Assembly (NCBI GenBank): GCA_977016875.1 | Contig: CDRNST010000072.1 | Location: forward strand, 2,914,001 to 2,978,000 | Length of the DNA stretch: 64,000 bases | Origin: Pavona decussata | Lineage: Eukaryota | Direction of reading: 5' to 3' | Shown: positions 49,880 through 59,252 of the stretch, piece after piece | Layout: the number at the start of each line of letters is the position of its first letter | Position numbering within the stretch: the first letter of the stretch is position 1 | The notes under the pieces: model-generated | Told to the model about the DNA's origin: nothing | The model's input: the letters and a program-made list of their open reading frames with translations, nothing else | The model's database searches: none | Program-made: the position numbers and the translations under genes

Positions 49880-50703
49880 TTAAAGGATTGCCCCCAACAG
49901 CGGAATCCCATTGAATGGGCTGTTTTTCCCTAGAAGCAACCCATTTCCCGCCTTTTTTTTTTTCTGCCTTTTTTTCCAGCACCCACTTTTCCTTCTGCTT
50001 GTTCCCATGTTCCAAAAAATGGAGGTGGTGGTTGATACGCTCCAAGTCTCGGGGCTGCTCCACCATCTTGTTTTGGTGGTCTACCAACTCTTGGACCTCC
50101 TGAACCTGTCATCTTTTTGAAAGCCTCAATGGCTAGTGGAATACCGATTGATGCTAAGAGTGTGCCAAGAAAACCACCCGTTTGTGTTTTTGTGGGTTTG
50201 ATATTTACTCCTGAGCCTGTTTGCAGGGCATTGAGAATATCCTTTTTCTGTTTATCACTCAATAGATGTTTGTGAGCGATGAGTTGATTTATTTTGGAAT
50301 TTGGAATGAGAAAACCGCCTGTCTGTACACCTTTTCCAGATATCTTTTTGACAATCTGAGATGCTCCTTCAGAAGCGGCACCGGCAAGAGCTGACATTCC
50401 CAAAGTTTTTGCTAATGTCGGTCCTAAAGTTCGACCGAGTGTCAATATTGAACTCAAAAGTGAACCACCAACCTGTTTTCTAATGTTTGACTTGGATAGT
50501 TTTATGTCCATTCCCTTATTCATTGCGAGGTTTTTTTCCAACCTATTCACGGTTGTTTTAGGTACATAAAGAGTATCTCTTCCGCCCGAGATAGCATCTT
50601 TTGTCAACCTCAATACGATTGTTTCTCGTTTTTGAATAGCTTTGATCAGATTTTTTTTCTGATCGCTAGAAAGTGTGACGTTAATCGTATACAATTCCGT
50701 CAT
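49880..50703 (-). CDS. Basic Gly-rich virion core precursor; frame shifts at the A11 run (49953-49963)
   Basis: MTELYTINVTLSSDQKKNL...; multiple xGG/GxG sites; one extra A gives the ending KAGNGLLLGKNSPFNGIPLLGAIL*. Confidence 0.78.
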
Positions 50704-50773
50704 ATTTATTTTATTAGATACAAATAAAATAAAAAAATAAAAAAAATAAAAAAAACACAACCGGTTTTTTGAA

Positions 50774-52063
50774 TCATACCATCATAAGCTCGTTTCCAAC
50801 TTTGTTGACAATTACCTCACTTTCATAAAATACGATAGCATGTGCTCTCACATTTGCTGTCGGTGCCGTATTCAATCTATAGTTCAAAATCAGTTGTTTT
50901 GGATCTCGAGTAATAGCCTCTTTTTGATAGGTCAAATCGAAATAGACAAGACCGTAAAGAGATGTGAAATTATGCAGATTCAACTGCGTTCCTGTGTTCA
51001 GATCATTCTTTCGAAAAGCATAAGACATCAAATCGTTGAAGATTCTCACTTTTGAATCGGCATCGTACTCCAATTCAGGATAGAAAGTGCTGTTTCCATA
51101 CTCCAAACGGCAAGATGTAAGAGAGCTATTGGCATCTGCAGAATTCAGCTTGAAAGTGTCAAAAATATAAGGAGTTCTCTCCGATTCTTGATTGTTTGGA
51201 CCATCAGTTCTCTGCAGATAAATGAATACATGTTTCACATTGTCGATGGCTGGGCTAATCTGAAACATGTTTTGAACTGCTTTTGTGTTTGCACTCTGGT
51301 TGTACAAATCTCTCATGTACACCCATTTGGTTGGCTTTAGAAAATCTTTTACGTATTCACCGTATGCGCTATCTTTTGGGACCATTTTTGGAAGCCAAAG
51401 ATAAAGTCGAGTGACAACCACCCGCCCATCATCAGCAGCAGCTGCTTTGTGAATCAATTCATCATCATCATTCAATGTCAGTTCGAATGTGAGCTGCATT
51501 GGAGGAATCATCTTGTCTTCCAATTCCTCAAAGAAACTGTACCTGTTCAACGGAATGATTTCATTTATGCTTTTGGCCCCACCACCACCATTATCCTGTT
51601 TTGCTTGAGTCAAAACTCGCCTTGCTTCAAAATCCGCATTCGTATTTGCTGTTGTACCATCTGTGTCAAGATACCAAAAACTATTTTTGGCAACCGATCT
51701 GCTGTTATCATCACTATACTCCAGCAAATTTTTAGCATTTGTGATTCTATGAATGTTGTCGCTCTCGTACACTATTTTACCAGCAGATTTGATAACCATG
51801 TGTTTGATGAGAGAATGTGACCCATTAATCATCGAAATTCTGTCAGCAGCTGCATAACCGGCTCCATCAGCTTTCTTTTGGAGCTCCTTGGATACCTCAA
51901 AATATCCGTTATAATAATCGAAAAGAGTTGATCTATCGGTTATTGTAAATTTGTATCCTGTTTTTTTCTGAGAATTGTTGTTTCCGGGTTGTTCAATGAT
52001 ATTGTCAAGGGAGAATCTGACCATTTCATATCTCTGAAGTTTATCATTTGTTCTGAAAGACAT
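50774..52063 (-). CDS. Major capsid protein (double jelly roll)
   Basis: Intact 429-aa beta-rich ORF in the morphogenesis module; late YGLVYFDL motif typical of Polinton MCPs. Confidence 0.8.
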   Translation of the reverse strand: MSFRTNDKLQRYEMVRFSLDNIIEQPGNNNSQKKTGYKFTITDRSTLFDYYNGYFEVSKELQKKADGAGYAAADRISMINGSHSLIKHMVIKSAGKIVYESDNIHRITNAKNLLEYSDDNSRSVAKNSFWYLDTDGTTANTNADFEARRVLTQAKQDNGGGGAKSINEIIPLNRYSFFEELEDKMIPPMQLTFELTLNDDDELIHKAAAADDGRVVVTRLYLWLPKMVPKDSAYGEYVKDFLKPTKWVYMRDLYNQSANTKAVQNMFQISPAIDNVKHVFIYLQRTDGPNNQESERTPYIFDTFKLNSADANSSLTSCRLEYGNSTFYPELEYDADSKVRIFNDLMSYAFRKNDLNTGTQLNLHNFTSLYGLVYFDLTYQKEAITRDPKQLILNYRLNTAPTANVRAHAIVFYESEVIVNKVGNELMMV

Positions 52064-52099
52064 CTTTTTATTTATATATTTGAAACTTTTTTTGTTTTT

Positions 52100-52510
52100 T
52101 TATTTTTTTCTCCTATTTTTCATTCCACTTCCGGAAATCAATCTATTTAAAATCAAATTGTAATCTTCTTCTTGTTGTTTTGGCTTTGATGCTTTTACAA
52201 CTTGTTGTTTTGTTTTCGGAACTTGTTTTCCCAAAGACTGAAGGTCTTTCATAAAAAGATGACCTGATTTTTCTGCAACTTTTTTGCTTGCAAAATCAAC
52301 CGCTTTTTTACCGATTTTATCACCAGCGCTTTCTATTCCCGATTTCAAAGCTTTTTTAGCAAGAGGTTTTAAAACAGCTTTGGTAGCAGTACTTAACATC
52401 CTTTTCATTGGTTTGAAAATATTATCCACAATCAAACCAGATCCCTTGTGTTTGTAAACAAATCTTCCAAGTCTCGGATGAAAAATTCGTTTGTAATTAT
52501 ATGTTTGCAT
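52100..52510 (-). CDS. Small basic core protein with amphipathic helix
   Basis: HKGSG|LIVDNIFKPMKRMLSTATKAVLKPLAKKAL...ISGSG; preceded by AATAAAATG. Confidence 0.75.
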   Translation of the reverse strand: MQTYNYKRIFHPRLGRFVYKHKGSGLIVDNIFKPMKRMLSTATKAVLKPLAKKALKSGIESAGDKIGKKAVDFASKKVAEKSGHLFMKDLQSLGKQVPKTKQQVVKASKPKQQEEDYNLILNRLISGSGMKNRRKK

Positions 52511-52527
52511 TTTATTATAATTACCTT

Positions 52528-53286
52528 TTATATTTTTTCTTTCAAAATAAGAGAAAATGCGGTATCAGCGTTATTCAAATCAATTATTCGTCGTTCTCCA
52601 TCGGTTATGTATATCCGTATATTATTAATGAGATATTTGTTCACAGGATTAAATTGAACCCTCAAAGGTTCTTTAGTAAAAGCATAGGATGGAGTCAAAT
52701 CGTTTGTGCCAAAGGTATAGATGATATCTGTCTCATCTCCATCGACAAGACTCTCTGAAATAAGATCGCAGTGGATATTTAAAATCTCTGTATCTTGACT
52801 GAGATTTGGTGTGTAGTCACCAATATTTTCAGTGCTGGTTAAAATTCGTTTGTTAAAACCAATCAGATCATTAAAATTTGATGTTCTGAGGTCTAGTTGA
52901 TAGTTTGATGCGAGTGTTATAATTGTTTTATATGTTGTATTGTCAAATTCCAAGGTTATTGGATATGAAGGGTTGCTTGAAGTTCCTGTTCTTGTCTCTT
53001 CCTTAATATGATCATTAAAATCAACATAGTTCCATGTGCCTGGTGGAAAGGTTATATCTTTCCAAGTACTTCCACTATCGGAAGAGTATTTTATTTTTTG
53101 GTTGTTCAACTCTGATGTGATATTGAACCATGTGAAAGACATCGATATGATTCGGTCTAAACCGAGTTCATATTGTCTGTTTGGATTTAGTCTTATCGGT
53201 TCATTGTATTTGATTGTAAAATCGCTAGGTTTATTTTTCCCTTGTTTTTAGACGCTATGAGAAGATAACACCAATTGTCGTTGCAT
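52528..53286 (-). CDS. Minor capsid (penton) protein with in-frame TAA at codon 13 (53248-53250)
   Basis: MQRQLVLSSHSV*...NKPSDFTIKYNEPIRL...YELGL; IHCDLISES; IRIYITD...IDLN. Confidence 0.82.
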
Positions 53287-53291
53287 TTTTA

Positions 53292-54284
53292 TTAGTCTGC
53301 GTGAAAAACGTTTTTGTAAATTTTAACGTATTGAGGTTTGTTTATTATGGAATGTCTCAATAAAATATCAAGAATAGCAACACCGGTGTTTCTAAGCTCT
53401 ATGCTATTATTACCTGCACCAATTGATCCAACAATTAACTCTAACTTTTTAATGGCCTCTTTCGGGTTAATAAAAAAAACACTTGCGTTTCCACCTCGCT
53501 TTGTTTTGGGACCAGAGCCTTTGATACTCTTCAACTTATTTTTGTTATAGTTGATATAATCGTTGAGAACTTTTCGAGTGTCGTCGATGACCTTTCTTCG
53601 AAACTGTGCTTCAGCTTGGCTTATAAAACCTTTGTTCAACTGCTTTGTGATATGTGTCTTGTAACCTGGAAGTTGTTGTCTTTTCTTGACCGCATTTTCG
53701 ATTTTCTTTGACAAATAAGAATGTCTCGTTTTTTCTGTCATGTCATCCCTATTGATTTGTGCTTCGATTTCATCATAGTTGGTTATTCCAAGTTCATCCA
53801 AAGTCTCATTTATTCTGTCTTCTTCAAAAATCCCATAATCTGGAACTTCATCTTCTTCATATTCTGGGGGGTCTTCAAGTTGCGGCATATACTCCGGATT
53901 GATAGATATTTTCTTTTTTCCTGTTTCCAAATCTTTGAGAACCTCATCATAAGAGGGTGGTTTTGGAACAAGCTGTTTTGTATTTTGTGGTTGAACCCCT
54001 TCATCAAACAAATCTTCAAGATTGTAATCTGGTATTCCTTCATCTTCGATATTGATGCCATAATCTGGAACCTCTGCTTTTTTCCTTAGCAACCGTCTTT
54101 TTATAGGTTGAGGTTGCGTCAACTCCTTCAAACCGGATGTAATCGGTTTGAAAAGCTTATCAGCTTCAACATCACTCATTGTATCTGTTATTTTCTTTTG
54201 TTTCAGCGTTTCCCTGATAGTATTAATATCTTGACCGATTTTCGATCTTTTTTCTGCCATCTCTTTCCACTTTAGTAGACTCAT
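53292..54284 (-). CDS. Conserved Polinton protein (PZ-like) with acidic middle region and two PPxY motifs
   Basis: KLFKPIT near the N-terminus; C-terminal LELIVGSIGAGNN..RN..I.D.L motif; preceded by AATAAAATG. Confidence 0.75.
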   Translation of the reverse strand: MSLLKWKEMAEKRSKIGQDINTIRETLKQKKITDTMSDVEADKLFKPITSGLKELTQPQPIKRRLLRKKAEVPDYGINIEDEGIPDYNLEDLFDEGVQPQNTKQLVPKPPSYDEVLKDLETGKKKISINPEYMPQLEDPPEYEEDEVPDYGIFEEDRINETLDELGITNYDEIEAQINRDDMTEKTRHSYLSKKIENAVKKRQQLPGYKTHITKQLNKGFISQAEAQFRRKVIDDTRKVLNDYINYNKNKLKSIKGSGPKTKRGGNASVFFINPKEAIKKLELIVGSIGAGNNSIELRNTGVAILDILLRHSIINKPQYVKIYKNVFHAD

Positions 54285-54348
54285 TTTATTTTTACACAAC
54301 AAATTTTTTTGTATAAAAAATGGGATATTAAATATAAAAAAGCACGCA

Positions 54349-54396
54349 TAGCGAGTCGTATAGCGTGTCGTATAGCGAGTCGTATAACGTGTCGTA
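54349..54396. repeat. 4 x 12-bp tandem repeat TA(G/A)CG(A/T)GTCGTA in the divergent intergenic region
   Basis: Units start at 54349, 54361, 54373 and 54385. Confidence 0.92.
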
Positions 54397-54435
54397 TAAA
54401 ATTATTGAGAAAAAATTCTGTTGCGTATCAATAAA

Positions 54436-55080
54436 ATGGAAATACCAAACTACGACATTAAAGGTGATGAAGATAGTAATTTTACCCAGTTGTATCCTTT
54501 CATGCCTGATAGATGCTTCAGAATGTTGATCTGCGCTCCGAGTGGGGGTGGCAAAACCAATCTGTTGCTTCATATGATAAACAAACCCCTGTTATTTTTT
54601 GACAAGATCTATCTATATGCTAAAAACTTGCAACAGAACAAGTATCAATATTTGTTGAAGATGTTTGAACCTCTTTCAAAAAAATACGGTTATGATATCA
54701 TTGAAGCTAGCAACGGTGAGATAATTCCTTTGCCTGACATGGATGATGGAAATCAAAAGTTGGTCATTTTCGATGATTACCTCAACACCGGAACCAAAAA
54801 TGATCAAGAGATACGAAACTATTTTACAAACTCTCGAAATAAAAATTGCAGCTGTATCTATCTGTCTCAGTCTTTTTACAACACGGACAAAACAATCAGA
54901 TTAAACTGTTCCCATTACTGCATTTTTGATTTTCCAAACGCAAGAGAAAAGAATTTAATATGCAAGGATTTAGGCATAGACAAAGAAAAATACATCTCAG
55001 CAACAAATGAACCGTACACTTTTTTGTATGCTGATAAGCCACGAAAATTCAACGCAAAAAATTTCACTAAAATAATCTGA
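54436..55080 (+). CDS. A32/FtsK-like genome packaging ATPase
   Basis: Walker A APSGGGKT, Walker B LVIFDD, SRNKNCSCIYLSQSF...IRLN. Confidence 0.93.
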   Translation: MEIPNYDIKGDEDSNFTQLYPFMPDRCFRMLICAPSGGGKTNLLLHMINKPLLFFDKIYLYAKNLQQNKYQYLLKMFEPLSKKYGYDIIEASNGEIIPLPDMDDGNQKLVIFDDYLNTGTKNDQEIRNYFTNSRNKNCSCIYLSQSFYNTDKTIRLNCSHYCIFDFPNAREKNLICKDLGIDKEKYISATNEPYTFLYADKPRKFNAKNFTKII

Positions 55081-55092
55081 ATATTTAATAAA

Positions 55093-57479
55093 ATGAGTTT
55101 CTACAACGGAGTATTAAATCATAACCATTCCACAGCTGTGAGAGGTGTTAGAGGTTTACCGGGGATAGGTTTCAAGTTAGATGGTGACAACAATTATGAC
55201 ATACAAAACAAAAAACTCGTTAATGTCAAACAAGGAGCTGATCCCAATGATGTTGTCACAAAGAGTCAAATACAATTGTTAGATAATACCCCCGGTAATG
55301 TGCAAGCTGATAAAGCAGTAATCTACAGTGGCACTGGTAGCGTTCATACCAACAGCGTCTATTTGCAGGACATACCAGACCGTGCTGGTAGCTTCAATAG
55401 TGTTAGATTAATGACTGAACATCAGTCTTATGACAATATTCACCTTCATGTACCGGATTTGCAAAACTTTGATGGTTATGGCGGACGAGCTAAAAGCGAA
55501 ATAATGGTCACATCAACAGAACAACATATTACCGGACGGAAAACATTTTTTGATATTAATGTGTTAAAACCCGCTAATAATGATCAAGCGGCAAATAAAA
55601 AGTATGTGGATGATGAGATTAAAAAAATACCATCACCTGATTTATCTACATATTTGAAAAAAGATGGCACTGTTGAAATGACTGGAAATCTGGATATGGG
55701 TAATCAACAAATTACTAACCTTGGAGCCAATATACAAAATACATATGATGTTGTTAATTTAGGTTTTTGTGATACAAAATATTTACAAAAAGTATCCAAT
55801 AGTGACCTCGATATGGACAATCATAAAATCAAAGATATGGGTCAACCTGTTGATAATAATGATGCTGTCAATAAATACTACGTTGACCATAACTTTCTCA
55901 ACAGGTTGACACCCAATGCTCTTGGTGGTGATTTAGATATGAGAGGTCATAAAATAATCGTTCTTGGAAATCCTTCCGATCCCAATGATGCTTCCACTAA
56001 AGCATATGTTGATACAGAAATAGCTAAAATACCACAACCATCCGGTGCAGATTATTTGAAGAAAGATGGAAGTATCCCAATGACAGGCAACCTTGATATG
56101 AATAATAAACAGATCAAATCCATCGCCAAACCGACTGACGATAATGACGCTACTACCAAAAAATATTTCGAGGACAGATTGGAGCAGAGTCATCTTGTCA
56201 GCAGTTATAAAACAAATGAACTCAAATATCTTATAGATAGTGACGAGAGCAGTTCGGAGTACAATATCACGGTGAATGGTATTGTTGATTTCAATGAATC
56301 CCCACATCAAAATAAAAAGGCTTACAGCATAGATTTGACAAAGGACGTGGGCACCAATAATTACAGATCAAGGATAGGTTTCAATCTTTATTCTCTCGCT
56401 ATAGGAACATACACAATTATGTTTGAATTTTACCCACCAGAAATGACTAATATTCAATTATCATGTGATGCATCTTCTGCGTATATTCACAAATCAATAC
56501 AACGTGATTTCACTGATTATAGCAAGCTATTGGTTCAATTCAATAACAACAGCAAACAAACTCCAGATTACATCTATTTGACGATGCACGGCACAGCTAC
56601 AGCGACACCGGTGCAGTGCCATCTGGTTGTTTATGGTGTAAAAGATTGGTCGGATAGTGTGTATCCAGATATTTACGATGGGTTGGATAATGTTATGTTC
56701 AAATACGAAAATGGAGACATGAAAATGCAGACTGAACTCGATATGAATAACAAAAAAATAATACATCTTTCCGACCCGATTGACGATGGAGATGCCGTAA
56801 ATAAGTCAAGTTTGGATTCTGTGTCATATTACACAAAAAATCATGCTTACAAAAGTATATTTCCTGAATTCTATGATTTATTAGAAACATCACGCTTTGG
56901 TCTCATCAAGGGTGTTAGCGGTGTTGTGATAAATAGTGTTCTACCTACTGTTTTATCCTTGAAACAGATCGTTTTATCAATGATTATAACATCAAAAATG
57001 GTTTGAAACTCAGTACAAAAACACATATCCATACAACAAAAGTTTTTAATCAATCAAGCAGCTTTACATTCTTCATGTCTTTTTTGCATGATGAAACCAA
57101 AACAGGAACAATCAGTTGGTCTAACACAAGGGCGTTTCACATAAAATTTTATCCAAGATTTCAGATAACTGCTGATCAAATTAAGATCAACTTCCTAACG
57201 GAAATTCAATCAGTCAGTTTCACAAGCGATTTCAAAAATAAACAGTTGTGCATTTGGATATGTTATGATGCCACCCAACGTCTGTATAAGATGGCTTTGA
57301 GTAATTATAACTCTCACATTAATAAAACAATTAGTCCACCAGTAAGGTTTCAGAGCAATCAGTTTGAAATCGACTATGACGGCTTCGTCAATAAAATCGG
57401 TTTGGTTGATAAGTTTATTGACGTCGACAGTTTAGACTTTCACAGGATTTTGCTTGAGGAAAAAAGAAATGGATCTTAA
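55093..57479 (+). CDS. Fibre-like repeat protein, split by a frameshift at about 56945
   Basis: Short collagen-like GVRGLPG; repeated L..DG..MTGNLDM.N..I....P....DA..K.YVD units; the -1 frame FILETDRFINDYNIKNG runs into ORF 57003-57479. Confidence 0.78.
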
Positions 57480-57488
57480 CTTGAGTAA

Positions 57489-57983
57489 ATGATAAAGATG
57501 GTAAAAACAAAAAAATCGGTCATCAATTTCAACCACATATCTGAAGAGTTGACCGAATCACAGATAACTGAACTGAAATCGTATTACAAAACATACCACA
57601 AAAAGATGTGGATGTACAAGGCAGCTTACAAACGATTAAAAGCATGGCAATTGACAGGTAATATCTCAAGCATTGTGTTTGCCACCGGTGGTTTAGCCAG
57701 TTCGATAGCGACTGCAGGAGTCAGTCTGATTGCCATCGCGTCTGCGAGTGTACTTATTCAAGCGTATATGAAACACAAGAACGTTGATATCAGACTGCAC
57801 CAATGTCAATATGCTTTTCAAACGTACGGGCATCTGTTGATTCAGATAAAAGACATTCTCAGATCTGGTCAATTCAACGAGTCAGAACTGTTGTCAAAAC
57901 TTCAACAAAATGATGATTTTATCCTCGATAATTCACCGATTGTTGACAAGTTTGAAAAAAGATACGACATGATCTTTGCGTGA
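57489..57983 (+). CDS. 164-aa membrane protein with a hydrophobic hairpin (SLATT-like 2TM)
   Basis: ISSIVFATGGLASSIATAGVSLIAIASASVLIQAYM between helical segments; TAAATG start. Confidence 0.65.
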   Translation: MIKMVKTKKSVINFNHISEELTESQITELKSYYKTYHKKMWMYKAAYKRLKAWQLTGNISSIVFATGGLASSIATAGVSLIAIASASVLIQAYMKHKNVDIRLHQCQYAFQTYGHLLIQIKDILRSGQFNESELLSKLQQNDDFILDNSPIVDKFEKRYDMIFA

Positions 57984-58004
57984 AAGCGTTGTGAGATAAC
58001 AGAC

Positions 58005-58688
58005 TTTCTATTCACGGTCATGAATAGAAAAAACAGCTAATTTAATTAATCTTCAAATTAGCTATCATCACGAGATTAATAAAAAACCAAAACTGGTGGC
58101 CACCAGACCTCTCATGAGGGACTTTACTCTTTTTTTAATTTTTCCCACCCTGTCCCTCATGAGAGGTTTTTTTGGTTTTTTATTTATTTTATTTTGCCCA
58201 CTTTACAAGGCTTTGCCCTCCACCACACCGCTCTTTTGAGCACTATCAGACTCCTTGATTGAAGCCATGTTTTGTATTTGTCGCCCTACGGTGTGGGCTG
58301 AACCGGCACTTCTGAAGGGATTAACCCAACTAAGCTCTACCCAACAGCTTGCCACCGATCTTAGGGCGACAGTTTTATTATTATTTAATTATTGAGTTAA
58401 CCTATAGAATGACGGCAGGGGTTTTTCACCATTCTATAGGGGCTGTGTATACCGTTCGGTAACCAAAGGCCCCTGCTTTTTCCAATGGTTAACTACTGAG
58501 CATACACAGCCAGTTTATATCTCAACCAAACAGCCTATTTATATGTTACAATTCAAAAATGCTTACACATGTGGTATGAAATACCGACAACACTCATGTT
58601 AAATTTTAGTACGCATGTGTATTTGGTGAAAACAGGAAAATAATTCGTTTACATCACAGGATATTTTACATGAGCGGTTTAAACCGCT
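58005..58688. other. Non-coding cluster of perfect stems and a potential kissing-loop structure
   Basis: Stems at 58005-58030, 58078-58184, 58279-58371, 58401-58440, 58441-58511 and 58673-58688. Confidence 0.7.
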
Positions 58689-58788
58689 TACACTGGTTTG
58701 TGTTAGCGTGACAGCACGTTTCACCTCAATGAACACCTATGCTAATTTCTCACAACCGGATGCTGGTCATAAGAATATTGATGATCAG

Positions 58789-59252
58789 GGTGATCTTACC
58801 GATGAGCTTGGTGGAGATTACATTGAAAAGTGGTGTGGAACCGGGCCAAAGTCTTACAGTTATTGCACAAGTAACGGAAAAACAGTATGTAAAGTTAAAG
58901 GTTTTACACTTAATTATGAAAACAGTCAATATATTAACCAACAAACAATGAGACAAATAATCGAAGGTCAAAAGAATCGGATAACAACAGTCAACGAACA
59001 AATGATAACACGAGATAGCAAAACAAAGCAGGTCAAAAACAGGTACCCGGAAAAAGACTTCACAATGTGTTATGACAAAAGGATGGTGGTCAAGACTGAA
59101 TCAGGAATTGAGACTTTACCTTATGGGTATTAAATTTTTATACTTTTTTATCAAAAACTTTGTGTGAGGACACTTTTTGGCTCGGGTTAAAGTTTCATAC
59201 AAAATTTGTGTAAAACTTTAACCGGCGCCGTAAAGTGTCCTACATAACTACT
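58789..59252 (-). repeat. Right terminal inverted repeat (464 bp), including a copy of the polB 3' end
   Basis: Encodes GDLTDELGG...ETLPYGY*, identical to the left copy except Q>P. Confidence 0.95.

Larger units (their letters stand above)
42547..59252. mobile_element. Complete Polinton/Maverick (adintovirus-type endogenous dsDNA virus), 16706 bp
   Basis: AGTAGTT...AACTACT termini; 6-bp TSD CTTACT at 42541-42546 and 59253-59258; 464-bp TIRs; pPolB, integrase, protease, ATPase and capsid genes. Confidence 0.98.

Noticed and set aside
54349-54396. CRISPR-like array
   Set aside because: Contiguous 12-bp units without spacers, eukaryotic viral context and no cas genes
56935-57006. Programmed frameshift in the fibre gene
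   Set aside because: No canonical X_XXY_YYZ site in phase and no obvious stimulator; treated as a lesion
58279-58511. Known ribozyme (hammerhead, twister) in the viral non-coding region
   Set aside because: I could not find the conserved catalytic cores on either strand, so it is kept only as an unclassified structure
58708-59133. Second polymerase gene (141-aa ORF)
   Set aside because: It is only the TIR copy of the polB 3' end fused to non-coding sequence
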